Positions 21,844-32,790 of a stretch of DNA of 64,000 nt are shown here, one piece after another. Positions within the stretch are counted from its first letter, which is position 1, and every line of letters starts with the position of its first letter. Under the pieces are notes generated by a model. The model searched no databases and was not told the DNA's origin. It worked only from the letters and a program-made list of their open reading frames with translations. The position numbers were made by a program, and so were the translations under genes. Source of the DNA: Amoebophrya sp. A120 (taxonomy: Eukaryota; Protista; Dinoflagellata); the NCBI GenBank assembly GCA_905178155.1, contig CAJINV010000012.1, positions 115,389 through 179,388 of the forward strand. The letters run 5' to 3'.

Positions 21844-24435
21844 CTACAGCCCCCCGGGTCTGATCCTCCTTTTTGGCTTGATTTTTGGTTTTGGTTTCAC
21901 TTTCTCCCTCTTCTTGCGCCGCTTGTCCTTCTTGTCGTCATCCCGATCCCGGCTGATGCTGCGGATGATAGCGGTCGTGGCGTCTTCTTCATCTGGGTCC
22001 ACGCCGCTTTCCCGTAGAAACACCTTCCGCGATTTCGATGAGAAATACTGCCCACCAGCAGCGTCGGCACCAGACGGGTCAAGAACCCCGCCGACGAGAC
22101 CACTTCTACGATAATTCCCGTCTTTATTGCTTTTCCCTCCAAGACTTAGACTCCTGTACAGGGTGCTGAAGTCTTTCTGCGTCGAATCTAACCGTTCGAA
22201 GACCCCGCGGTTTTCCAGACTAGATTTCCTTGTTGTAGTGGTCCTCCGAGAAGGTCGAGAGAAAGTCGCTGTGTCATCATCGTCCATTAATTCCCCTTCG
22301 CTGTACCAGACTTGCTTCTTCTGGAAATCCAACACATTCGGATCGTCCACAGCAGCGGATTTTGTCAATTCCAAGTGTCCGGGCCCGTCCCGAGCGTTGT
22401 CGCGGAAGCTGCCCGTGAAAATTTCCACTTTGGTGCGAGTGCGAGTGCCCATTTTTGCGTTCATGGTTTTGCTGGTGCCACCAGTTTGGTCGGCGTTTGA
22501 TGAAGATGTGTCATTTGTCGCACTAAATGCGCTATCTAACTTCCCCAAATCATGTAGCTGCTCCTCCCAACAAATGGCTTCCCGGCCGACCCCGTGTTTT
22601 CCGCCTTCCTGCCACTGGCCCTCGTAGGTGGTGGTTTTCGTGCCCAGGAGGATTTTACTGCTGGAGGTTGAACTGCTTTTCTGGTTCTTCGATTTTGATG
22701 CCCCCTTCGACATGTCCACCAGCCAGACTTCCTCCACCACTTCTTCCGTCCCGTTCCCACTCGGCTCGTTCTCCTCAAACAGACCTGTGTAGATCGTTTG
22801 GGTCTTGATCACAAACTTCAAACCCTTCTTCGCGAGGGTGGTTTGGAAAAGCGATTTGCGCTCTTCGACTGTGGTTGTTGTTGGTAGGGTTCCGAGCGTG
22901 GAGGGCGTAGTTGTTTGTCCTACGGCAGCTGCTGTTGGCAGGAAGTTGTCCTGGCGAATCTCCTCCAATTGCTCGAAGACTGCATTCACGTCCTCGTTGT
23001 CAGAAAGGGCGGCGGTGTTATTTTTCTCTCCAGAACTTGAACTACCACCCTTTTCCAGCTCCACCTCGATAATCGAAATCAGCATCCCCTGGCCCTCGAT
23101 CACGTCAGAATCAAACTCGCCCTCGTAGTAACTCTTGAATCTCGTCGTTGCGAGTCCTTCTTTCGTCTTGGTATTCCCGTCGGAGAAAATGTAGCGACCT
23201 TTTCCGTGCTTTTCTCCTTCACAGTGTTGCCCGATGTAGGTCTCTGTTTCGATCAAAGTAGTGTTTCTACCAGAACGCTGATGTTCTGCATGCGTGCTTG
23301 CCGCGTCTGCCTGACCGGGAGCGGATTGCGGTGACGCTGCAATTGCGTAGTACTTTTCAAATCCGAAGCCGTGCTTCTCCCCCTCCCGCCATTGGCCCTG
23401 GTAGGTGGAAAGCTCATCTTGAAACAGCCCGTCCCCATGGGGTTTATCGTCGTACCATTGGCCGATGTAGTAGATGTCGCGCTTCGGACGAATCGGTTTT
23501 GAAAGACTTGTTTCTTGTTCTTCCTGCTCAACACCCGCAGTTGCTCTACTTCCTGGTAGGAAAGCGAAAGGATTCGCCGCATCTTGCGAAATTCTCTGTA
23601 TCTCGTTGAGTTCAAAAAGCTCCATGTCCTGCTTGAAGTAGGTGCATTTCCCTTGACCGCAGCGAAGTTTGGTAACGGCTTCATCTTCTTCCTGATCCGT
23701 GTCTTGGTCTTGCTCTGCCCCCGTTCTACTTCCCTTGTAGTCCTCGTCGGCACCTTCTAAGTCGTCATCCCTGGTTCCCTTCACAACCTGCACCTGCCCC
23801 TGGTACAACCCGACGCCTTCAATCTCCTCTACCACGAATTCCAGTTTTTTCGCAATTTCCAAGGGGAGCTCAAAATCCTCCTCTTTTCCGAACTCCCATT
23901 CCAATTCTTGAATAGACGGATCCAGCTCCGGCAGTTTTGGGAGCGGTAAAGGCCTCTGCGTCGGAAGGGCGTGGAACTCGTTTATTTGTTTTGTTCCCAC
24001 CTGCGTGGCTGAATTGGATGGAACAGGTGCGTTCTTGCTGTAGATTCGCCCGGCCGCGGAAGCCTTGGACGAGCCTGTAGTACTACGTGGTCCTGACAGG
24101 CCTTGGTCGTTCTCTTGGTCGTGCAGCTGACTCTCAATGTCGTCGCTGAACCTCACTACTGGGCTGTAGTTGTTAGCTCCTCCAGCTCCAACCAGTCGTC
24201 CCGACTGGTCGTAGCGCAGTGAGCTCTTCGTAGCAGGACTACTTTGCAATTGCATCTGGGAAGTCGTTGTGGTTTGCCGAGTGCTTCTCGAGGCTAGACT
24301 GTCACCCGCACGACTGGAAAATTTCGGCTTGTTTTGGTTTATTTCATCATCGTGGTCGAAAGTGCAGACTTTGACTACCTCATCCACCGCCATCTTGCTG
24401 CAGTTCTGGCAGCTGGAGGCTTGGCCGTTGCCCAT
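21844..24435 (-). CDS. MORN-repeat protein paralogue 5, intronless, with low-complexity inserts
   Basis: Start MGNGQASSCQNC; YIGQWYDDKPHGDG, YQGQWREGEKHGFG, YEGEFDSDVIEGQG. Confidence 0.85.
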   Translation of the reverse strand: MGNGQASSCQNCSKMAVDEVVKVCTFDHDDEINQNKPKFSSRAGDSLASRSTRQTTTTSQMQLQSSPATKSSLRYDQSGRLVGAGGANNYSPVVRFSDDIESQLHDQENDQGLSGPRSTTGSSKASAAGRIYSKNAPVPSNSATQVGTKQINEFHALPTQRPLPLPKLPELDPSIQELEWEFGKEEDFELPLEIAKKLEFVVEEIEGVGLYQGQVQVVKGTRDDDLEGADEDYKGSRTGAEQDQDTDQEEDEAVTKLRCGQGKCTYFKQDMELFELNEIQRISQDAANPFAFLPGSRATAGVEQEEQETSLSKPIRPKRDIYYIGQWYDDKPHGDGLFQDELSTYQGQWREGEKHGFGFEKYYAIAASPQSAPGQADAASTHAEHQRSGRNTTLIETETYIGQHCEGEKHGKGRYIFSDGNTKTKEGLATTRFKSYYEGEFDSDVIEGQGMLISIIEVELEKGGSSSSGEKNNTAALSDNEDVNAVFEQLEEIRQDNFLPTAAAVGQTTTPSTLGTLPTTTTVEERKSLFQTTLAKKGLKFVIKTQTIYTGLFEENEPSGNGTEEVVEEVWLVDMSKGASKSKNQKSSSTSSSKILLGTKTTTYEGQWQEGGKHGVGREAICWEEQLHDLGKLDSAFSATNDTSSSNADQTGGTSKTMNAKMGTRTRTKVEIFTGSFRDNARDGPGHLELTKSAAVDDPNVLDFQKKQVWYSEGELMDDDDTATFSRPSRRTTTTRKSSLENRGVFERLDSTQKDFSTLYRSLSLGGKSNKDGNYRRSGLVGGVLDPSGADAAGGQYFSSKSRKVFLRESGVDPDEEDATTAIIRSISRDRDDDKKDKRRKKREKVKPKPKIKPKRRIRPGGL

Positions 24436-25647
24436 GATGACAGCTTGATAAAGCCGTGCGGCAATGTAATAGAAAAACAAAAATTGGCGCTGGAGGGGAA
24501 AGGGTACTGTAATTTAGCGCAAGTTCAAGTTGTACACTGTTTAGGACGTCTAGGGTAAAGAAGTCAAAAATGGGGTTTGATTGAGGTCCTGTTGAATTAA
24601 TTTCGATCAGGAATCGCCGGCGTTAGATTTTTGTCGAACGTCGACAAAAAACGTCGACAAACTGACCGCGGCTTGGAGGACTCGCTGATAACAACTCCAA
24701 ATGGCTCTTCCCGGCGGTGCAGAGGCCAATGGCATGAAACTTATCTTCCATTTTTGCACCACGAAAGGACGACTTTACCGATGAAATAGTCTTCCTCTCT
24801 CAAAAACCGACATTTGAAATGAATAAACGCACGACGAAGAACCAAAACCGATAGTTGCCAACAAGCGACGAAAGTAAGCATTCAAACTTTTTTATTTTTT
24901 TTGTCTGACCGACCGAAGAATATCGCGGGGAAACTACCGAGACTCAGCTGAAGCATTCAGACGACAAATGCGCGCAAGTAGAAACTTCTACGACGCATAG
25001 TGGCCTAGGCCTGCTAAATAGGAACGAGAAATACAACACACCACGAGCTGCCGGCAGAGAGCGAATACATAAAACCCGAACATGCGGCAAGAGAACATGT
25101 ATGTAAGTGCAAGTCCCGGTGCTGCAATGCATGAGTATAGAAAATAGAAATACCGATGAGGTTGATGCGTCGAGTGTGTGTCTACATGAAAAAAATGAAT
25201 GTTGTCAGCGCTTGCGCAAAGGCAGCGCTAGCCGGCTGTCAAAATACTACTACTGATTCGAGGTACTCACGATGCGTCTACTGTGAAAAAAATGATCATG
25301 CCATGTGTGTGTGTGTGTGTAATTGGATGTGCAAAGAACGAGTAAGTAGCGGTTGTTTCTCGGGGAAAAAGGTGAAACTGAAAGGAAGCCGATGGGGTGT
25401 GCGAGATGTCACATGTCGATGACAAGGTCGAAGTAGAAGAACTCATTCACAGGGGGGGGGGGGAATAAGCCGATGGAGAATCTTCTAGTACGTAATGATG
25501 TTCTAATGGGACGAAACTTCCGGAGGTGGGACTGACACTTCAATCAAACAGATCTTTAAATTTTCGCTTACGCGGAAGACGGGTAGGCATGATTTTCTTG
25601 GTTGGGAACTTTAAAGAAGTACTTACGCAAAAAGCTCTTTTTCTCTA

Positions 25648-27062
25648 CTACTTCCCGCCCGGCCCCACCAAGCTCCCCTGCGTGACCGCGTGTGAGATCG
25701 GGCCCTTCCCCGCACCACTTCCCGAACTCGCAGTGCTCTTCTTCGCCCCCGCTCCCGCACTGCCACTTCCTCCCGCCTTCTTCTCTTCCGCGTCGGCTTT
25801 CTGCTGCTGCGCTAGAAACGCTTTTTCGTCCTTCAGCTTCGCTCCCTGCCAGAAGTAAACAACCGATTCCCGCCCCTCCTTGTCGACAAAAATTCCCTTG
25901 CCGTGCTGCACGCCGTTCTTCCATTCCCCCTCGTACTCCCGATCGTCGGGCCACCACAGCGTGCCGTAGCCGTTCACAATGTCGTCTTCAAATTCACCCT
26001 CGTAGATGTTACCTGATGAGGGATTTTCATGAGAATGCATTTTGACTATAGTTTTGCTTTTACACCAAGGTGAAGTCAAACATAATCATCTTGCTTGTGT
26101 GCGACGTGCTATGCTTTATTGTTCTCGTCGTTTCATAGACATCAAAAGCTGCTGCTGCGGCCTACGAGCTGGTGCGAGAAAAGAAGCTAAGCATTTGCAT
26201 TCTATTACCACTTCTCCAGATGTATTTCCCCTGCCCGTGTTTCAAACCGTTTTCGAACTGCCCAATTATCCTGTGCAAAAGTATCGTACTAGTATAAATT
26301 GCAATACAAATTAGCTTAGCATGACAAATTGAGTTTGTCATGCTGTTTTAGCTAAGGAAGGCGATTTGTCATGCATATCTTGAATTAGTACGAGTACGAT
26401 ACTTTTGCAATTCATACCAATGTACCGTGTACGGTCGTCAAACCAGATCTCCTGGCCAAACCCTGACTTTTTCCCATTCACCCACTGCCCATCGTACTGC
26501 GACTGTTCGTCCTTAAACGTGCCCTCGCTGTCGTACTTATCATCCCACCAGTAGCCGGAATAGCTGATATTCCCCGACGTGTATTGGCACACTCCGTACC
26601 CATATCCACTGCAAAAGCATCGCACTCGTAGTAATTGCAACTATGCATGACAAATCAGGATTCTTAGCAACGTCAGCATTACAAATTGAGTTTTTCCTTC
26701 TGAGAAAATTTGTAATGCAATTTATACTAGTACGATGCTTTTGCAATGCATAACCCGCACCTCTGCCCGTTCTTGTTCATCTGCCCGATGTAGGTGCCGA
26801 CGTTGTAAACTCTTTCATCCTCGAAGCACTCACTGTAGTCCCGGTTGGAAGATTGCGTGTTTTTCTTCTGGAGTTGCTGGTACAATTCCTCATCCGTGAT
26901 GTTCTCATTTACCGTCTTGCTGTTGTGTTTCTGCATCGCCTTCATGTGGAGGATGAGCGGGTAATGGCGCGCGAACAGCTCCTTGGTCGTCGCTTCGGGG
27001 GCGGAGACCATTTCTGCGCAACACCCATCGGGCTGCGGCTCGGTGAACAGGGTTTGGCCCAT
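25648..27062 (-). CDS. MORN-repeat protein paralogue 6
   Basis: Start MGQTLFTEPQPDGCC; YDGQWVNGKKSGFG, YEGEWKNGVQHGKG; two A introners plus one GT-AG intron. Confidence 0.85.
26267..26416. mobile_element. Introner family A
   Basis: A-type TIRs; TSD CCAAT. Confidence 0.9.
26603..26752. mobile_element. Introner family A
   Basis: A-type TIRs; TSD ACCCA/ACCCG. Confidence 0.9.
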
Positions 27063-29144
27063 GATTTGATGCGGAAGCCACGTTTATTTATTCCGACAAT
27101 CGTACCGATTTCTGCGCGGCGTTCCTTCGGTGGTGAGCGGTGATGTCAAATTTGTCGATTCTGATCTAGTAGTCAGTGACAATCAATGTAGCTCAAAACA
27201 TCTACATCATGGTAAAGAGGGGAAAAAATGCATTTCGCTGGGGGCGCCAAGGTCAATCCTAGTGACGGGAAAATCTACGCTACTTCAACGACTTCCTGAT
27301 TGCTTATTTCGAGGAGTCTTATTGTTTGACGATGGGGAGGCTGCGTCAAAGTCAATTGCTGGACACGATTTTAGTACTTTTGGTTGCTGACATCAACGTC
27401 AAATTCTCTACACGACAAGTAGCAGTAGGGCAACTTGCACGAATACGACTTTCCTTCGCTATGATGTTGCACGATTTTAGTACGAAGATGCGAATTCATG
27501 ATAGTACACCATACCTCCATCGCACGAGGAGGAGTGAGGCAACTACGGTGATGACTAGTAGTACCCGTCTGACACTGACTTATTTAGTACACATACGCTG
27601 AATGATGTCTGCAGGGTCATGCTTCAAGGAGTGCTCAGGTTGAGATGGAGAATTGCCATTTTTGGGTACGATGGAGAAGACGAATCAGAATTACCATTTT
27701 TGGGTACTTAAATAGACCGACACGACACATCAAGATCTACTTCTCGATTGAACATACTGAGCTGTCACATGCGGAACACTAACGATCTGACGCAAAATGC
27801 TAGCCAGGGCGCTGCGCAATGATTCGCCGGCTCCCTTGATATAGCCGCAGCGAGGATGAAAAGCCGACGGCCATTTTTATGTATCGAGATACATTTCTCA
27901 CCTGTTGTTGACAAGCTGCTGCCATCTCCCCACTTTTGTCTTGCTGGGCGGATGATCCGCCCAGCAAGACAAAAGTCTTTGCTTCTTGAATCGCCCTTGA
28001 CAGTAAAACGAGCTGTCTATATTTCCAAAAAGTCATAAAGTTCATCCGAAAGGAAAGAAAAAAGTGAAAGAATTGCTCTCTATAGCAAGCTTTGGACCAC
28101 GAGATCATGAAAACTTGCGCAAGATCAGGCTCCTCTTTCTTTTTCTTTATTTTTGTACATGGAGTTTGTTTTGTTCATATCAATAGCGTAAGAGCTGCTG
28201 TAGGCTTTCGTGGCAGGCCAGGGTTCTTGAACTCGGAAGAGTCAAACTCTAATTCATCCGAGACGCGTCTCACACCAGCAGTTGGCAGTTTTTTACTATG
28301 CTTTTGTGTTCTTTAGGTTTGCAAAATCCAAAAGGTTGGCGGTCATTTGTAAAGAAGTAGCGAGGGCACCACAATAACCCTGTTGGCATGAACAACAGGT
28401 GTCTGTTAGTAATCGTCCACGAGAAAGCTCCGCGAGGCAACATTGAAGCCTGTGGAGAAGTTGATACCCTCCTTTATCCAGCGAGAAGTCTGTGCATCGT
28501 CTTCTTCGCTAGAAAAGGGTGCCTCAACGACCCCAGGCGCTCGCGACGAGCCCTACTAGCGCGACCGAGTTGAAGATGGGTCGATAGATTTCATCCCCCG
28601 CTTCTCTTCTCTATAGCTTTTAGATACTTACCTGGAGACCGCGCTCTCAGTTCTTGATGTTTACTTATTGGAAGTAGCTGTGTCAACAAATTGTCGTATC
28701 TGTGCAACAAGAAAGAAAGTGACGAAAGAAAAATCATAGAAGCGAATATTTACAGCGCAGAAGCAAAAAGTCAGTTTTTAGAGCAAACGAACAAACCTCA
28801 CGAGCTCTAGTATCATACACAGTTGCTTTATCTGATGAAAATCTTTTATGTCGGGATGAGTTAAAATCTCCCTGACCAGCCACGGCTCGATTACAACAAG
28901 AAACTTCTTTTGTTCGTCTAAAACCAAAACTACAAGACTCGGATACTTGTTCGAAACTCATTTAGGTGTTAGAGAAGGATGAGCACTACTGCTTCCCAGT
29001 ACAGAAACAAAGACAAGCACTAGACTGCTCCATTCCCTCATTATCTACTCGGCGTATTTGTAGTTTGAGTGTTGAGTTGCAATGTATTTCTCATAGCAAC
29101 TTACATTTTGTGCATTTTCAAGAACCACTCACGCGACTCTAATA

Positions 29145-32100
29145 TTATGATTGCTGCTCATACAGGGAAGCGTTCCACGCATCGACGTCAATTATACAGT
29201 CTTCAATATTTTGCAGCCGTGAGCCCGTCCTGGGTATGCCACCACAGGATTCGGGGTATGGCGTTCTCAACTGTTACATCAATTTGTGATGCACGAATGA
29301 AAAGAGTGGATGGTGACCTTGCGCGTCTTGCATGGCAGATTTGGAACAGTTTCTCAGCCTGTTTGGCCCTTCAAGAATTTGTCATGCGAAGCAGCTTGAC
29401 CGTGTCGGTTCTGATTGTAGTTTTGCATGACAGATCCTGTAGCAGTTGAGAATGTAACATTTGAGAACGCCATACGGAGACCGCCGGCTCTGCGGCGCAC
29501 ATTATGGCGGTAGTCACTTGCCCGTCTTCTTGAAAAATCTTGATTTTTCGCAGCCCCGGGGCGTAAATGTGCATTGTGTAGGCTGGTTGGTCCGTGCGAT
29601 TTTCGATTCGGTGGAGGGCAATCTCGTTGTTGGCGTAGCCGACCTGATAGTTTTTGTTTTTATACTTTTCCAAGCACAACATGCAATAGACAATCCCTTG
29701 ATAGAACGAAGTGCATTTTGCGATTGTTCGTCTTCTGCGTGACAATAAGAAAGAACCGAATGGTACAAGTACTTACCCTAACAGCATCAAAGCCGATGAT
29801 CGTTTCTGCTATCCTCTTCAGGGGCGCGCATTTCCCCTTTGCTGTTGTGCTGTCTCTCGATTCGTGCTCTAAAAACTGCCGATCGAACTTGGGCATTTGG
29901 TACTGCACCTCCACTACTTCCCCGGCGACTGCCACTACCCAACAGGAAGACCGGTCGTGACAGTGGATCGAGCTTTGGCAGTGCGGGGGCCAACACATCA
30001 GTAAGCAGTCGAAGTTGTCGTTCTTCATGATGAGGTTCCGGGTGTACTTTTTCGGGTTTTCCTCGTATGGATTGCAAATATGTCTGGGTCTGGAAGAATG
30101 CAAGGTTTGTCATGCTTGTCTGGCGTGACTGAAATGTTTGTGATGCGTGACCAAGGAGAGAGCCTTTTGCCTGTCATGCAAAGACCTAGTTTGTCATGCG
30201 GACAGCGCAACACTAAGCAGAGCAGATATTTCTCATGCTTGGCTGTGCATTACAGAGCATTCACTATTCATCCCAACCGAGCATTACTAGTTTCCAGATC
30301 CAGACGTTTTTGCATTTGATACCTCGTCCCAAGAGACGTATTTCTCCCACTCGTGCCGTCTCGGAAACCACCGCTTGCATTCCTGAGTTTTTTTTCGAAA
30401 TTTGTCATGCTTATCACGCAACCAAAACGAAATTTGTCATGCTTCTCATAGTTGTACAAGAACGAACACCTTCTATACCTCAGCAACCTCCTTGACGTTG
30501 TGTCCTCGGTAGTTCTGCCCGATAATCTGTTGTACAAACACCTGCAGGAGTGATTGCAAGCTGTGCGTGCTGGGCATCAGCGCACCTGTCGCCTGAAAAG
30601 ACGAACTTGTCGTGATGAACTGGCCCCGTCCCGCCATCGGCCCCAGTCGAAACGACGGCCTCCCGTGTATCGTGCCCGCGACATCTTGCGGTGTTGTATT
30701 TTTGTCCTTCTCCTTGTCCGAGCAAGCTGACGCCGCGCCGGTAGTTTCCGTCGCCGTCTCTGTTGCGCTATTTGTGGATGGTGTAGAGGAGGGTTGGCGA
30801 TCAACCACGGAGGTGGGGGATTTGTTGGAGGACACAACTTATGCAATGCAAAAGCATCGCACTACTAGTACAAATTGCATTACAAATTTCCTCAGCGTGA
30901 GAAATGGAATTTCTAATGCGGATTTAGCTTGAGAAGGAAATTTGTAATGCATGAATGCGATTACAACTACGAGTACGATACTTTTGCAATGCATACAACT
31001 TCCGAGTAAAACACCTTGGGCGTGCTGTTTGAAGACGGGTAGTCGTTCGCGTTCAGGTGATATCCTGTGCAAAAGTATCGTATTCGTATAAATGCAAGTC
31101 TTGCATTACAAATTTTTTTCCGAAAGTAAATGATCAGCATGACAAATTTTATTTCTCATGCTGAGAAAATTTGTAATGCATTTATACGAGTACGATACTT
31201 TTGCAGTTCATAAGTGACACCCCAATGCTTCATCCGCAGTGGCCTTGTCGAGGTAGGAGTTTTTTTCTATTGCGGTTTTCGGAGGCGACAATCTGCTGTC
31301 CGGTGCGCCCCCATCGCCTTTGAGTACTACTACACCTTTGTTCGCTAGCAGTTGCACCGGCGGCCCGGCGGAGGTCTCGGTAGAAGTTGAAGTATTGTGA
31401 AAAAAAATGTCCCCACCACATACGTCAAGATGGGAAATCTGCAACACAAACCCGGAAGTTGTGGGAGTCACGCATGACAAGTTCTCCTCTGTATCGTAGT
31501 GCAGCTTCGCAAGGACAGCCGCATCACAAAGCCATCTCCTCATCCTATTTGCAGCATCACAAATTCCAAAAGACAATTGGAAACGGCTCTCGTACTCGTG
31601 GGGATGCGCATTGCAAGTCTTCCTGTCTTTGCAAATCTGCATGACAACTCTGGGGTGGGGACGTTTTTACTTAAGATATGTCGTGCCGTTTGTTTGCGAC
31701 GACGTTCTGGGCGGGAAGATCGGCTCGCATCTCGCTATATCAAATGTAAATATGTCTGGGTTGGAGAAGTGGAACTTGTGTTGCATGTCTAGCATTCCTG
31801 AAAAATCTGTGTTGCATAGACAGCAAAAGCGGTGCTTTTTTGTCATGCAAAGACGCAGTTTGTCATGCGTGCCACGCATCAGAAGGCGTCAAATGAATTT
31901 GTCATGCTTGGCTGCATTCGAAAGCACCAGACTGATCCATTCTTTAGCATCACAAGTTTCCAGACCCAGACATATTTGCAACGGATACGCTAACCCTTTC
32001 AGCGCCGTCCTGAGCTTCTTTTCCGGGCCAGCCTGAAACGACTGCAGCTCCGCGAGGCCGAGAAAGGTGTATGCATTGCAAATATAGTGTCTGGGTCTGG

Positions 32101-32790
32101 AACGAAGAATGCAAGTTTGTCATGCTCGTCCCAAAAGACTCTTAAATCTGTAATGCATGAGCAGGAAAAAAGGCTCTCTCCTGTCATGCAAATATGCAGT
32201 TTGTTATGCGGAAAGCGAAACACGCAGGAGCTCCAAAACTTGTCATGCGTGGCTGCGTGTTGCAATGCGCCCACCATTGACAAACTGGCATCACAAGTTA
32301 AGTTTCCAGACCCAGACATATTTGCAGTTGATAAGGTGAGGACAAAGACAACAGCGCCGGACATCGGGTGACAAACCCGGACGTCGGTGAGGCCTGATAA
32401 TTTTCATAATTTTTTTCCTTCATACAAGAGCAATGCGACGTAAATGACCCCTGATTCCTCCGCAAGGAAGTAGTTTTGCGCACGAACAAAAGTTGTATCC
32501 AGCAAATATTTGCACCTACTTAGTACAGCACCTACTTAAGTAGAGCCCTACCGGCTCACAGAACTTTTTATACCTGCTTTCAGCGAGTAGAAGTCCCTGG
32601 CGGCGCGCTGTATGATCGTCTCGAATTCGATGACATCTTGTTCCGCACCGCAATTCAACGCGGTGAAGCCGATGATGTGGACAATTTCGCCCGTTCCGAG
32701 GCTGCATATGCAGGGGTCGTTCGGGTTGTATTTTGACGAACTCGAGACGGAGCGCTCACGAATGAGCTCGTCTGAAACAGGCTCCACCAT
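29145..32790 (-). CDS. CDO1: Cysteine dioxygenase with a long N-terminal extension; 7 introners plus 3 canonical introns
   Basis: YTRNL, CWPPHCQSSIHCHDRSSCW, LHRIEN and MHIYAP (3-His iron site plus the Cys/Tyr pair); frame continuous from MVEPVS at 32790 to the stop at 29145. Confidence 0.85.
29257..29474. mobile_element. Introner family I
   Basis: TIR TATGGCGTTCTCAA / TTGAGAACGCCATA; TSD CGGGG/CGGAG. Confidence 0.85.
30066..30321. mobile_element. Introner family B
   Basis: B-type TIRs; TSD CCTCG. Confidence 0.9.
30840..30995. mobile_element. Introner family A
   Basis: A-type TIRs; TSD CAACT. Confidence 0.9.
31061..31212. mobile_element. Introner family A
   Basis: A-type TIRs; TSD GGTGA/AGTGA. 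Confidence 0.9.
31393..31678. mobile_element. Introner family E
   Basis: E-type TIRs; degenerate TSD TGAAG/TGTCG; frame restored on removal. Confidence 0.8.
31738..31987. mobile_element. Introner family B
   Basis: B-type TIRs; TSD CGCTA. Confidence 0.9.
32070..32333. mobile_element. Introner family B
   Basis: B-type TIRs; TSD AGGTG. Confidence 0.9.

Noticed and set aside
27800-28961. Possible spliced minus-strand gene (donor-like CAG|GTAAGT near 28630)
   Set aside because: Could not build a convincing reading frame or recognise homology
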